From Octopus sinensis (taxonomy: Eukaryota), in assembly GCF_006345805.1 (NCBI RefSeq), contig NC_042997.1:206584001-206648000 (forward strand): a DNA stretch of 64,000 nt, read 5' to 3'. Made by a program: the position numbers and the translations under genes. Under the pieces are notes generated by a model. The model was not told the origin of the DNA. It saw nothing but the letters and a program-made list of their open reading frames with translations, and ran no database searches. Below, piece by piece: positions 11,075 to 24,638 of this stretch; position 1 is the stretch's first letter; every line of letters starts with the position of its first letter.

Positions 11075-13430
11075 GTTCAACATCCACTTTCCATGCTAGC
11101 ATGAGTTGGATGATTTGACTGAGGGCTGGCGAACCAGATGGCTGAGCCAGGCTTCAATCTGATCTGGCAGTGTTTCAACAGCTGGATGCCCTTCCTAACA
11201 CCAACCATTCTGAGAGTGTAGTGGGTGCTTTTATGTGCCACCAGCACGAGGGCCAGTCAGGTGGTACTGGCATCAGCCATGCTCAAATGGTGTTTTATGT
11301 CCAATGAAAGAATGGTACGCATAAGTGGGCTGGTTACACCCCTGGCATAGGCCATGAGGTTATGGTCTCACATGGCTTGCCAGGTCTTCTCAAGCACATC
11401 ATATTTCCAAAGTTCTTGGACACTAGTCATTGCCTAGGTGAGGCCTAATGTTCGAAGGTCGTGCTTCACCACCTCATTCCAGGTCTTCCTGGGTCTACCT
11501 CTTCCACAGGTTCCCTCAACCGCTTGGGTGTGGCACTTTTTCACCCAGCTATCTTCATCCATTCTCACCACATGACCATACCAGTGTAATTGTCTCTCTT
11601 GTACATCACAACTGATGCTTCTTATGTCCAATGTTTCTCTCAAGGTACTTACAATCTGTCGAGTATGCACACTGACATTACACATCCATCGGAGCATACT
11701 GGCTTCATTCCTTGTGAGCTTATGCATGTCCTCAGCAGTCATGGCCCATGTTTCACTGCCATGTAGGATGGCTGTTTGTACACATGCATCATACAGTCTA
11801 ACTTTTACTCTGAGCGAGAGGCCCTTTGTCACCAGCAGAGGTAAGAGCTCTCTGAACTTTGCCCAGGCTACACTTTCAGCACATCCTCCCCTGCTACTGA
11901 CTTGGTCGCCTAGGTAATGGAAGCTATCAACTACTTCTAGTTTTTCTCCCTAGAAGTTGTTCTCTGCACAATTTCAGTGTTATTTATAGCTCCCGAGCAT
12001 CTGTCACATACAAAAGCTATCCTCCCAATTAGCCTTCCTTTGATATTGCTGCACCTCTTATGGGTCCATAGCTTACACTGGGTACATCTTATAGAGTTTC
12101 TACCTATGCCTTTTCTACAGATTGAGCAGGGCCATCTACATGAAGGGATTTGTGGTTTGCCTGCCTTCCTACTAATTCAAGACAGGATACCTCTGGGAGC
12201 TCCTCTATGCTGACGACCTTGCTCTAATTGCTGAGTCACTATCAGAACTAGAGGAGAAGTTTCAGGTGTGGAAACAAGGATTAGAATTGAGCTAAAACCA
12301 AAGTCCTACGTAGGAAGGCAGGCAAACCACAAATCCCTTCATGTAGATGGCCCTGCTCAATCTGTAGAAAAGGCGTAGGTAGAAACTCTATAGCTGACAC
12401 TGCCAGATATTTTGAGCATCTCTGCAGTAATTCCTGATGGGCCAAGGGCTTTCCCTGTCTTCATACTTTTAATTTCTTTATCTACCAAGATACTCTCAAC
12501 TTGGATAGCTGGTCCCTCTGTTGGGTCAACATTTGGCAGATTCTCTTTCTCCCATTCATTCTCTTTATTCAGCAACCTTTGTTAGTGGCATCTCCAAACC
12601 TCTCTCTTTGCGCCTCATTTAGTGCAAGTAAACCACCATTCATGCGAACACATTTCTCTCCTAAAACATCACGATTCTCTCTCACACACTGTCTTGCAAC
12701 ACAAAATACCTCAAGTCTTTGATCCTCATGGTGCAGAACATTGGCAAATTTTTTCTTACCTGCTTCTTATCTGAAGTTAGTATTGCAAACCATAAGATCA
12801 TTTGCATCATAGAACTCCAGCAGCCTGGTTCCCTCCTCATTGCAGGAAACAAAACCATAGCCTCCATGAATGCCATGGAAGCCCCCGACATGTTGTCCAA
12901 CATGTCCATTGAAGTCACCAGCCACAAAGAGAAGGTCTCTGTCATTCGTCAACGAGGTAGTCTGCAGTAGCGCGTCATAGAATCGGTCTTTCTGTCCATC
13001 GGGTAGCCCCCGGCTGAGGAGCATAGGCCGATATAATTGTTGCTAATCCATGATGAAGCACTAATCTAATCTTAAGAATTCTGTCACATACTCTGACTAC
13101 CTCAATTACCTTATCTACCCATTTCTCCGCAAGAAGTAAACCCACGTCCCCGACCCTGACAGTGTTCCCTACCCACTTGTACTTGTGTTCTTTGCCTGTG
13201 AGGAACCTTGCAGAACCTCCTCTCCACCTTACTTCTTGGATGCAGCACATATCGACACATCTCCGTTCAAGCATTTCAACAATCTCATCAGACCTACCTT
13301 TCAGTGTGCCAACGTTGAAAGTGTCAACTCTAAGGGTATGAGGGATATGGGCCCGTGAGACCCTGGGATGGGGGACAGCAGCATCATGTACGTGGAAATA
13401 AAGCTCACATTTGGCAGAATTCATAAACAA
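11075..13430 (-). mobile_element. RTE-clade LINE, decayed, with internal deletion and inversion
   Basis: APE endonuclease motifs (TFNVGTLKG, CCIQEVRW, SAYAPQ, VAGDFNGHVG), KALGPSGITAEMLK and C-terminal HGSETW...WYGHV.RM...GRGRPRKTW. The YADD segment lies on the opposite strand at 12175-12391. Confidence 0.85.
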
Positions 13431-13784
13431 ACAATAGCCTTCAATTCAACCTGCATGACACTACCTTTTCATATTTTCCACTATATGATCCCTACCTTAT
13501 ATATGAGATAACCCTAAGTAATGGTGGGGATGGTGTAAAGCCTTTAGAAGTGTTCATGGGAGACAACAAAAAGGATAGGAACGATAGGAACTTCCGGTAG
13601 TGGTGGAGGGGTGGAATCTTGGTTGTACCGCGAACTAGCAAATTTAGACGAGAGCATCATCTGGATACGCATTCCTTCAGAGGAGGTAAAAAAAAAATAT
13701 TTAGTATGGGAATCCAAGCACATGCACTAGTTTATCTAGGGTGGCGGTGGTGGAAGAAGTCTTGGAAAAGAGAGTGGTAATCGA

Positions 13785-16700
13785 AAGAGAGACAGAGACA
13801 GAGTGAGGCTGAGAGAGAGACACAGTGAAGTCGAGAGTGAGACAGAGTGAAGCCGAGAGGGGGACAGATTGAGGTTGAGAGAGAGACAAATTGTGGGGGA
13901 GGCTGAGACAGAGTGAAGCCAAGAGAGAGACAGAGTGAGGTTGAGACAGAGACAAAGTGAGGCCGAGCGAGAGACAGAGTGAGGCCGAGAGTGAGAAAGC
14001 CGATAGAGAGACAGAGACAGAGTGAAGTCGAGACAGAGAGAAGCCGAGAGTGAAAAAGAGTGAGGTTGAGCGAGAGACAGAGGGAGGCCGAGAGAGAGAC
14101 AGAATGAAGCCGAGAGGGGGACAGAGTGAGGTTGAGAGAGAGACAGAGTGAAGTCGAGACTGAGACAGAGTGAAGCTGAGAGAGAGAGACAGAGTGAAGT
14201 CGAGAGTGAGACAGTGTGAAGCCGAGTGAGAGACAAAGTGAAGCCGAGAGTGAGAAAGAGGTTGAGAGAGAGACAAAGTGAGGCCAAGAGTGAGAAAGCC
14301 GATAGAGAGACAGAAACAGAGTGATGTTGAGACAGAGACAAAGTGAGGCTGAGAGAGAGAGACAGAGTGAAGTCGAGAGTGAGACAGAGTGAAGTCGAGA
14401 CTGAGACAGAGTGAAGCCGAGAGAGAGAGACAGAGTGAAGTCGAGAGTGAGACAGTGTGAAGCCGAGTGAGAGACAAAGTGAAGCCGAGAGTGAGAAAGA
14501 GGTTGAGAGAGAGACAAAGTGAGGCCAAGAGTGAGAAAGCCGATAGAGAGACAGAAACAGAGTGATGTTGAGACAGAGACAAAGTGAGGCTGAGAGAGAG
14601 AGACAGAGTGAAGTCGAGAGTGAGACAGAGTGAAGCCAAGAGTGTGACAGAGTGAAGTTGAGACAGAGACAGAGTGAGGCCGAGAGAGAGACAGAGTGAG
14701 GCCGAGAGAGAGACAGAGTGAAGCCTAGAGCGAGACAGAGTGAGGTTGAGAGAGACAGAGTGATGCCAAAAGAGAGACAGTGTGAAGCCGAGAGAGAGAC
14801 AGAGTGAAGCCGAGAGTGAGACAGAGTGAAGCCAAGAGTGTGACAGAGTGAAGTCGAGACAGAGACAGAGTGAAGCCGAGAGAGAGACAGAGTGAGGCCG
14901 AGAGTGAGAAAGCCGATAGAGAGACAGAGACAGAGTGAAGTCGAGACAGAGAGAAGCCGAGAGTGAAAAAGAGTGAGGTTGACGAGAGACAGAGAGGCGA
15001 GAGGAGAGGAGAGAGAGAGACAGAGTGATGCCGATAGGGAAATAGATTGAGGCTGAGAGAGAGACAGAGTGAAGCCGAAAGAGAGACAGAGTGAAGCCGA
15101 GAGAGAGAGACAGATGAGGCCAAGAGAGAGACAGGTGAGGGCCGAGAGAGAGACAGAGTGAAGCTGAAAGAGAGACAGAGTGAAGCCGAGAGTGAGAGAG
15201 TGAGGTTGAGAGAGAGAGACAGAGTGAGACAGAGACAGTGATGCCAAGAGAGACCGTGTGAAGCCGAGAGAGACAGAGTGAGCCGAGAGTGAGAAAGAGT
15301 GAGGTTGAGAGAGAGACAGAGTGAGACAGAGACAGTGATGCCAAGAGAGAAACAGTGTGAAGCCGAGAGAGAGACAAAGTGAAGCCGAGAGTGAGAAAGA
15401 GGTTGAGAGAGAGACAAAGTGAGGCCAAGAGTGAGAAAGCCGATAGAGAGACAGAAACAGAGTGATGTTGAGACAGAGACAAAGTGAGGCTGAGAGAGAG
15501 AGACAGAGTGAAGTCGAGAGTGTGAGACAGAGTGAAGCCAAGAGTGGACAGAGTGAAGTTGAGACAGAGACAGAGTGAGGCCGAGAGAGAGAGACAGAGT
15601 GAGGCCGAGAGAGAGACAGAGTGAAGCCTAGAGCGAGACAGAGTGAGGTGAGAGAGAGACAGAGTGATGCCCAAAAGAGAGACAGTGTGAAGCCGAGAAG
15701 AGAGACAGAGTGAAGCCGAGAGTGAGACAGAGTGAGGTGAGAGAGAGACAAAGTGTGGGGAGAGGTGAGAGACAGAGTGAGGCCGAGACAGAGACAGCGT
15801 GATGCCAAGAGGGAGTCAGAGTGAAGCCGAGAGAGAGAGGACAGAATGAGGCCAAGCGATAGACAGAGTGAAGCTGAGAGTGAGACAGAGTGAAGCCAAT
15901 AGGGAGACAGAGTGAGGTTGAGAGAGAGACACAGATGAGGCTGAGAGAGAGACACAGTGAAGTCGAGAGTGAGACAGAGTGAAGCCGAGAGGGGGACAGA
16001 TTGAGGTTGAGAGAGAGACAAATTGTGGGGGAGGCTGAAGTGAAGCCAAGAGAGAGACAGAGTGAGGTTGAGACAGAGACAAAGTGAGCCGAGACGATGA
16101 GTGAAAAGAGATAAGAGACGAGAGAGTCAAAGGAAGAAGCGACGAGAGTTGAGAAAGCGAGAGTGAGAGCCGAGTGAGAAAGCCGGTTAGAGATAGACAG
16201 AGACAGAGTGAAGTCGAGACAGAGAGAAGCCGAGCCGTGAAAAAGATGAGTTTGAGTGAGGAGCAGAGAGAGACAGAGCCGATGAGAGGGAAAGAATAGA
16301 GCCGGAGAGAGTGGGGGAAGAGTGTTGGGGACAGAGATGAGGTTGAGAGTGACAGAGAGACAGAGTGAGAGTCGAGACTGACAGAGGTGAAGTCTGAGAG
16401 AGAGAGACAGAGTGAAGTCGAGAGTGAGACAGTGTGAACCGATGAGAGACACAGTGAGCCGAGAGTGAGAAAGAGGTTGAGAGAGAGACAAAGTAGGTGA
16501 GAGAGAGACAAGACGAGTGAAAAGCCGATAGAGAGACAAACAGAGTGATTTTGAGACAGAGACAAAGTGAGGCTGAGAGAGAGAAGAGACGAGTGAGTCG
16601 AGAGAGTGAGACAGATGAAGTCGAGACTGAGACAGAGTGAAGCCGAGAGAGAGACAGAGTGAAGTCGAGAGTGAGACAGTGTGAAGCCGAGTGAGAGACA

Positions 16701-18970
16701 AAGTGAAGCCGAGAGTGAGAAAGAGGTTGAGAGAGAGACAAAGTGAGGCCAAGAGTGAGAAATCCAGTATAGAGAGAGACAGAAACAGAGTGATGTTGAG
16801 ACAGAGACAAAGTGAGGCTGAGAGAGAGACAGAGTGAAGTCGAGAGTGAGACAGAGTGAAGCCAAGAGTGTGACAGAGTGAAGTTGAGAGAGACAGTTGA
16901 GGCCGAGAGAGAGACAGAGTGAGGCCGAGAGAGAGACAGAGTGAAGCCTAGAGCGAGACAGAGTGAGGTTGAGAGAGACAGAGTGATGCCAAAAGAGAGA
17001 CAGTGTGAAGCCGAGAGAGAGACAGAGTGAAGCCGAGAGTGAGACAGAGTGAAGCCAAGAGTGTGACAGAGTGAAGTCGAGACAGAGACAGAGTGAAGCC
17101 GAGAGAGAGACAGAGTGAGGCCGAGAGTGAGAAAGCCGATAGAGAGACAGAGACAGAGTGAAGTCGAGACAGAGAGAAGCCGAGAGTGAAAAAGAGTGAG
17201 GTTGAGCGAGAGACAGAGGGAGGCCGAGAGAGAGACAGAATGAAGCCGAGAGGGGGACAGAGTGAGGTTGAGAGAGAGACAGAGTGAAGTCGAGAGTGAG
17301 ACAGAGTGAAGTCGAGACTGAGACAGAGTGAAGCCGAGAGAGAGAGACAGAGTGAAGTCGAGAGTGAGACAGTGTGAAGCCGAGTGAGAGACAAAGTGAA
17401 GCCGAGAGTGAGAAAGAGGTTGAGAGAAGAGCAAAGTGAGGCCAAGAGTGAGAAAGCCGATAGGAGACAACACAGAAAGAGTGATGTTGAGACAGAGACA
17501 AATGGAGGCTAGAGAGAGAGACAGAGTGAAGTCGAGAGTGAGACAGAGTGAAGCCAAGAGTGTGACAGAGTGAAGTTGAGACAGAGACAGAGTGAGGCCG
17601 AGAGAGAGACAGAGTGAGGCCGAGAGAGAGACAGAGTGAAGCCTAGAGCGAGACAGAGTGAGGTTGAGAGAGAGACAGAGTGATGCCAAAAGAGAGACAG
17701 TGTGAAGCCGAGAGAGAGACAGAGTGAAGCCGAGAGTGAGACAGAGTGAGGTTGAGAGAGAGACAAAGTGTGGGGGAGTGAGAGACAGAGTGAGGCCGAG
17801 ACAGAGACAGAGTGATGCCAAGAGGGAGTCAGAGTGAAGCCGAGAGAGAGACAGAATGAGGCCAAGCGATAGACAGAGTGAAGCTGAGAGTGAGACAGAG
17901 TGAAGCCGATAGGGAGACAGAGTGAGGTTGAGAGAGAGACAGAGTGAGGCCGAGAGAGAGACAGAGTGAACCCGAAAGAGAGACAGAGTGGAGCCAAGAG
18001 AGAGACAGAGTGAGGCCGAGAGAGAGACAGAGTGATGCCGATAGGGAGTCAGAGTGAAGTCGAGAGAGAGATAGAATGAGGCCAAGCGATAGACAGAGTG
18101 AAGCCGAGAGTGAGACAGAGTGATGCCGAGAGAGAGAGACAGAGTGATGCCGATAGGGAAATAGATTGAGGCTGAGAGAGAGACAGAGTGAAGCCGAAAG
18201 AGAGACAGAGTGAAGCCGAGAGAGAGACAGACTGAGGCCAAGAGAGAGACAGGGTGAGGCCGAGAGAGAGACAGAGTGAAGCTGAAAGAGAGACAGAGTG
18301 AAGCCGAGAGTGAGAGAGTGAGGTTGAGAGAGAGACAGAGTGAGACAGAGACAGTGATGCCAAGAGAGAGACCGTGTGAAGCCGAGAGAGACAGAGTGAA
18401 GCCGAGAGTGAGAAAGAGTGAGGTTGAGAGAGAGACAGAGTGAGACAGAGACAGTGATGCCAAGAGAGAAACAGTGTGAAGCCGAGAGAGAGACAGAGTG
18501 AAGCCGAGAGTGAGAAAGAGTGAGGTTGAGAGAGAGACAGAGTGAGACAGAGACAGTGATGCCAAGAGAGAAACAGTGTGAAGCCGAGAGAGAGACAGAG
18601 TGAAGCCGAGAGCGAGAAAGAGTGAGGTTGAGAGAGAGACAAAGTGTGGGTGAGTGAGAGACAGAGTGAGGCCGAGAGAGAAACAGGGTGAGGCCGAGAG
18701 AGAAACAGAGTGAGGCACAGAGAGAGACAGAGTGAGGCCGAGAGTGAGAAAGAGTGTGGTTGAGAGAGAGAAAGAGTGAGGTTGAGAGAGAGACAAAGTG
18801 TGGGTGAGTGAGAGACAGAGTGAGGCCGAGAGAGAAACAGAGTGAGGCACAGAGAGAGACAGAGTGAGGCTGAGAGTGAGAAAGAGTGTGGTTGAGAGAG
18901 AGAAAGAGTGTGGTTGAGAGAGAGACAGAGTGAGGCCGAGAGAGAAACAGAGTGAGACAGAGACAGAGTG
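13785..18970. repeat. GA-rich degenerate minisatellite (~20-22 bp units), about 5.2 kb
   Basis: Repeating gagacagagtga(a/g)g(c/t)(c/t)gaga units with a strongly purine-rich plus strand. Source of all the S/L/C/H-rich minus-strand ORFs. Confidence 0.95.
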
Positions 18971-19019
18971 AAACCTTGCTAGTGGCAGTTAGGAACAAGG
19001 GAGTATCGAAAGCAGAGAA

Positions 19020-20830
19020 AAAAAGGGGAAAAAAAAAGAAAAACATTATGCAACAAGGGATTACACAATCAATTTGATAAAACCATAACAGAAGACACTG
19101 GAAAAAGTAGGTGGGATGGGCAGAAGAAAGGAACATAAAGAAAGAGACTGAGAGCAGCACCATACTGGCAATGCAAGACCAAGCTTTGGCCACGAACTGC
19201 AGGGTCAATCTTTAGGAATGAGCAAGTGTCTCTGCTGTGCTACATCTGTAAAAGAGTGGATGAAACCATTACCCATATTATGAATGAATGCCCTAAACTT
19301 ACCCATAATCACTACAAGATGTGACAACATGATCAGTACCGAAAGAGCTATCTTAGAAACTGTGCGAAAAGTGGAATCTAGAGAGAATGTGGTATGAACA
19401 CAAACTGGCAGAGTTGGAAACTTGAAAAATCCTCTAGGATTTCCCAATCCAAACAGAATAGGTGCTAGGGTATAACACACTGGACCTAATGGTGGTCAAC
19501 AACATCCACACCACAAGTGCTACATAGACTAACAGATAAGGTTGCTTTTATGTGTGGCAGATGTGCAAGAACAATAAGCACTAAGAACACGAGGGACCTA
19601 GACTCTCTCAATGCTAAGGTGGATCTCTTAAGGTAGTAGATAGTTTCTGCTGTTCAGGGGACCAAATTAGTAACGATGGTGAATGCTCTGAAAATATTGT
19701 TTCTAGAGTAAGAATAGGCTGGAGGAAGTTCAGGGAGCCATTACCTCTGTTGGTAACAAAAGGACTCTCTCTCAGAGTGAAAGGTAGACTGTGTGATGGA
19801 TGTGTGCCAACGGCTGTATTCCATGGTAGTGAAACATTGGCTCTGAATACAGGAGACATGTGCAGACTAGAGAGAAATGAAGGCAATATGCTTTGCTGGA
19901 TGTGCAACATCAGAGCGCACGACCAACAAAGCGTGACTGTACTGAGAAAAAGATTAGGCATAAGAAAGATTAAATGTGGCATGCAGGAGAGAAGACTGCA
20001 TTGGTTTGGACATGTGATGTGTATGAATGGAGACAGATGTATGAAGAAATGCTTGTCGTTGAAACATAAATGGCTTCTGTGGAAGAAGGATGCCCAGGAG
20101 AACATGAGATGAAGTAATGAGGACCGATTTCAGGATGTTGGGACTCATGGAGTAAATGACACTGGACTGAGATGGTTGTGATACATGTGCCTGGTGTATC
20201 CTTATCAGATGGGTAGTCATGATGGGTATACTGGGCTTCGTATATTTTACCCCAGTGCCACTTTGATGGTATGCACTGCTCTCTTACTCAATAATAATGA
20301 TAATGATATTAATAACAGCAACAGTAACAACAGCAACAACAACAACAACAATAATAATTTAATGAAGCCATTGCCCTTACTGTGAATGAATGCTCTCAAC
20401 TTGCCCCAAACCAATATGAGTTGTGGTGACATGATGAGGTTGCAAAAGTGTTGCATTGGAAAGTATGAGGAAAGTTGGGGTTAGAGAGAAGCAAAACATG
20501 GTACAAACAGAAACCACAGAGAATCACAGAGTCAGAGACCTGTAAAATCTTGTGGGATTTTTCAATGCAGAATGGGCCAAGCGCTTGAGTACAACAAGCC
20601 AGGCCTGGTCGTTGTGGACAAGGTGAACCACATGTGCTCTATAACTGATGTTGCATACGCATTTGACCCACAATTAGTTAGGTGAACAAGTAGACAATCC
20701 TCTTAAATGTGCTTGACTGTGAAAGATGGAGATAATACTAATTATTATTGGGGCCCTGGGGACAGTATCAGAAGATATTAAGAGGAAATGAGGACAGAGC
20801 GCTGAGTAGAGCTGTCTGCCACCTTGTCAC
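19020..20830 (+). mobile_element. Decayed R4-like LINE 3' fragments interrupted by an RTE fragment (~19500-20185)
   Basis: gcaagaccaagctttggccacgaac (QDQALATN) and tgggatttt (WDF) motifs. The RTE part encodes KGLSLRVKGRL...HGSET...RRLHWFGHV, homologous to 11434-11832. Confidence 0.65.
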
Positions 20831-21000
20831 AGCCATTATCATCAAGAAAATATTACATGGCTGAACAGAACATATAGCATGGTACCGTAGGCTGTGGATA
20901 GCAAGCCTCCAGGAGTTCCAACAAAACCTGAATTAAAACAATGCTAATAACTGACTCTGATAAGTAGACTAGACAAAGAGAGGAGAAAAAAATTACTTAC

Positions 21001-21234
21001 CATATGCCTCTTTAAAACTTATAATGTAAGTATCAGAGGTTTGTTGTTGAACTGAAGAAATATCTCCACCAAAACTTTTTTTTCTGTTTCCAAAATATCT
21101 TTGAAGACTCTCAAAGCTGACATTTGAAGAAACGTTTTTCACTTGAACACTGTTTATTTCCTTAATTCTATCCACTTTCAGTTGATTTCCTTTTAAGGGG
21201 TTGTTTTGGCACATCCTCTGAACATTCTCAAAAT
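21001..21234 (-). CDS. PARP14: PARP14-like coding exon (end of RRM2, start of RRM3)
   Basis: ttgcag|at acceptor at 21235-21236, atg|gtaag donor at 20999-21000. 234 nt, phase 1-1. Reads DFENVQRMC...SVQVKNVSSNVSFESLQRYFGNRKKSFGGDI...YIISFKEAY, a second YFxNxxxSxGG RRM motif. Confidence 0.85.
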
Positions 21235-21399
21235 CTGCAATAAATACAATGAATGGAAATACATTTTGGTAAAAGAATCAAATTGAAGTCAATTTACTGA
21301 TGTTTTAACACATTTTAGATTGAAATGATTTTGAGAATTCTTCAAATTTGGAGATTTTAGCATTAAAATGCAGTTCCAATTATGTGACAACTCCATATA

Positions 21400-21812
21400 G
21401 GCACAGGTGTGGCTGTGTGGTAAGATGGTTGCTTCCCAGTCATATGGTTCTGGGTTCAGTCCCACTATGTAGCACTTGGAAAAAATGTATTCTACTATAG
21501 CCTTGGGCTCACCAAAGCCTTATGAGTGGATTTGGTGGACGAAGACTGAAAGAAGCCATCTGTCTGTCTGTCCGTCTGTATGTTACTGTCTCCGTGCTTG
21601 TTGTAAACGAGTGTCCCTGTTATACAAGCAGTGTCCTTCATTTCCAATCTTCCTTAAAACATGTCTGGTCACTGGGAAACATTACCTTACTTGGAAATAG
21701 GTGAGGGTTGGCAACAAGAAGGGCATCCAGCTGCAGAAAATCCAACTCATCATCAAATTTTGTCCAACCCATGCAAGCATGGAAAAGTGGACGTTAAAAC
21801 AGTAATGATGAT
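21400..21812 (+). mobile_element. tRNA-derived SINE (family B), near full length
   Basis: ggcacaggtgtggctgtgtggtaagatggttgcttccc...ggttctgggttcagtcccac head (A/B-box-like), RTE-type tail catgcaagcatggaaaagtggacgttaaa, then GAT repeats. Confidence 0.75.
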
Positions 21813-22847
21813 CATGGGTCCTTTAGTTAATGTTTACTGATCCTTAAATGTAAAAGGTATTTCTATTTAGGGATAAATAAAGTGTAAAATATAAGAAACA
21901 AAATTTGATTGAGCAGATTTATGATGAAAGACAATCCAGCCACGACCATTCCAACTTCTAGAATGGTAGCTTCTGTTTTGAAGAAGGCAGGGTGTAATGG
22001 GAGGGATACTTTCCTGCTATTTCTATCAGCCTGAGCAACTGTGTAAAGGTCTTCAGATCCTTAAAAGTGTGTGTTTTAAGGTAGAGATGGGAATTTCAAC
22101 ATTTCTCGTCGGGGCTCATTCTTGTATTCTATGTAACAGCAGGAGAGGAAGGACAGGATTGCAGGAGAAGAGAGGGAAAGGTAAGCTTAGTGCATGAAGA
22201 AGAGGAGCAGAGATGTAGTTTTGGTCTATTGAGGATGAATGATTTAATGTTAGATAGGGGTGGAAGACACAGCAGTGGGGTGGACAGGTCTTCTCAAGAA
22301 CCTTCTATAACCAGACATCTCAATCCATTGTCATCTTGAGATTGGCTCTCTCTTCCACACCTGCCATCCCCTTTAAGCAATCAACACTTCTATATACAGC
22401 TATTTCCATTCATACACATCACATGTCCAAACCAATGCAATCGTGTCTCTTGCATGCAGCAATTGATTCCTCTTACGACCAACTTTTCTCTCAGCACATT
22501 TCCACTTTGTCATACATGCACACTGACGTTGCATATCCATCGGAGCATACTGCTGCTGTTCCTCTCTAATCTATGCATGTCTTAAGTGACCACTTGGCAA
22601 ATAACTATAAAGAAGGGAAACTGAATCAGAGCATGTGTTTATTATTGGCACAATGACCCCCCCCCCCCCCCCCGCAAGACACACAAAATATATTTTGTTT
22701 TATAACTGGCTGAATGGCCCTGCTTTACCTGAGTTACAGCTGTTCTTATTCAGATTAGTAAACAATAAATATAAAGATATATTCAAGTAATTATTTCAAA
22801 ATATCTATATTTTATTAAAAATATCCATGTTGTAATGATAAGACTAC

Positions 22848-24638
22848 ACACCAAAAAGAATTTTTTTGTCTGGAATATTTCAACGAATTCCTAAGTGATT
22901 TTTGCCTGCTGAATTCAAAGATAATTTCAGTTTTCCCCTATCAGGCCTAGTTTTCTGACCAGACCTGATAGAGTAAGTATTTTCTTCATACAAGAGGTAT
23001 ATAATATGAATCAATAAAGTGAATGTAACACAAAACAAAAGAAAGAACAAATAAAAATTCAAAATTGAAAATGCATATTGGCAAAGACTTCTGGTGGAAA
23101 ATTCAAGGAATAAATTTACGCTTCTTTGTGCTCCGTGAATGCTGAGCAACAAGTGTATCTCATTTTAAACATCAGTAATAGTCTGCCATCATTGCACTCT
23201 CCCAACAGCCTTGTTACCAAGTTCCCATCACCTTGATGTCTTGACGGAATTGTTCACCTTGTTCATCACTAACATCTCCAAGATTTTCAAGAAAAACAAT
23301 CCAGGTGACTAAAAAGATAACGCATTTTCATGCTCACATTCGCGCCAATACCTTGAAAATTTGGTATCAAGTTGGTAACAAGGTCTTTATAGTTTTCGCT
23401 TTTGTGTTTCCCAAGGAAATTTTCTGCCACTTCTGCAAAGTCTAGCCAAGCTGATGCTTCATTTTCGCTGATTGTTTTCACGAAATTTGCGTCCTTCAAG
23501 AGCTTACAGATCTGTAGTTCATCAAAAATTCCTGCTTTAAGTTTTGCAATCGTCAAGTTTGGAAATACACTGCAAATATACTTGAAGCACTCCATTATTG
23601 TCAAGAGCTTTGACGAATTGCTTGATCAATCAGAGTTTGATGTTCAAAAGCAAGAAAATGATCTGATCTCGCTCGACTAAAGATTTTTCCAATATATTGG
23701 CAGCTCTGCATGGAGCCATATTTGTTCAATGTGGCCAGTCTTTCATAACATAGTGATTTACTCAGTCTCTACAGTTCCACATGCAAAGAAAGCATAGGTA
23801 TTTGGTATAACCAAATTGCTGTCTGATGTGAAAATTCACCATCTTTAACTCAACACAGATGACCCATTTATGGTCATGATACAGTATCTTCTCTAAAACC
23901 AACTTAATTTCTTCCTATTTTTCCTTCAGAGCTGTTGAGTGGCCGAGTGGGACAGAGCCATACATATTTCTGTAGTGCAACAAAACACATTTTAAACTAT
24001 GCTTAGAGCTGTCTATGAAAAGACGCCATTCCTCTGGTTTGTATTCCTCAATGCCAAGTTTATTAAGAAGTCCACTGACATCTCTGCGGTAAACCAGCTC
24101 TTCCACTTTTGGGAAAAAAGAAAGAAGCTCTTTATGCCAACTCTAATAAAAGGTTATATGGACACCGTTCTCTAGAAGATTCTTCTCTTTCAGTTGGGAA
24201 GCCAATAGTTCTGCAGAATTTTTGGGGTGGTTCAAGTCACGAACTAAATCATTCAGCCCTACCTGCAGGAACAGCGGAAGTAAAGTCTTAGCTGAAAAGT
24301 CTTGATCTCTAGTGTCATCTTCAGGTGATGAACCATCTTTGGTTGAGAGTGAAGTTATCTGAGCCAAGACATTGAAGACAGGAACAGGAAGCACTTCACT
24401 GTGCAGAACTGGTCTAATAGCAGAGGCAAGACTAGGATACACAAGCGTTTCTTGATTTTTCCAGTTAAAACCCTTCAAATTTAGGTTACAATAATAGCAG
24501 ACGTTCACATAATTATAGGGCTCAATAATGTAAAAACTAAATCTGATAGGTCAAAATGTTTATATCTGGATTCAGGAGATTGATTTTGCATAGGAATGAT
24601 GTCTATTTCCTAAACACCAAAAACCTTGTAAACCAGTG
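22848..24638 (-). mobile_element. Chapaev-like (CMC superfamily) DNA transposon, decayed transposase
   Basis: Fragments CYYC...YPSLASAIRPV, LNDLVRDL...AELLAS.LKEKNLL, WRLFIDSSK.SLK.VLLH, KLKAGIF, MKM.YLFSHLD. Imperfect ~100-bp terminal inverted similarity (attccta...ctgaat.ca...cctatcag...tagtttt) at 22860-22955 and 24533-24638, ending in GTG. The family call is from motif recall. Confidence 0.65.

Noticed and set aside
16080-16620. Locally much more divergent block within the GA minisatellite, as a distinct element
   Set aside because: It is still colinear with neighbouring blocks but full of small indels, which most likely reflects a poorly polished long-read consensus.
13701-19208. Long Ser/Leu/Cys/His-rich ORFs up to 887 aa
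   Set aside because: They are open in all three minus-strand frames because CT-rich repeats lack stop codons, and no domain is recognisable.
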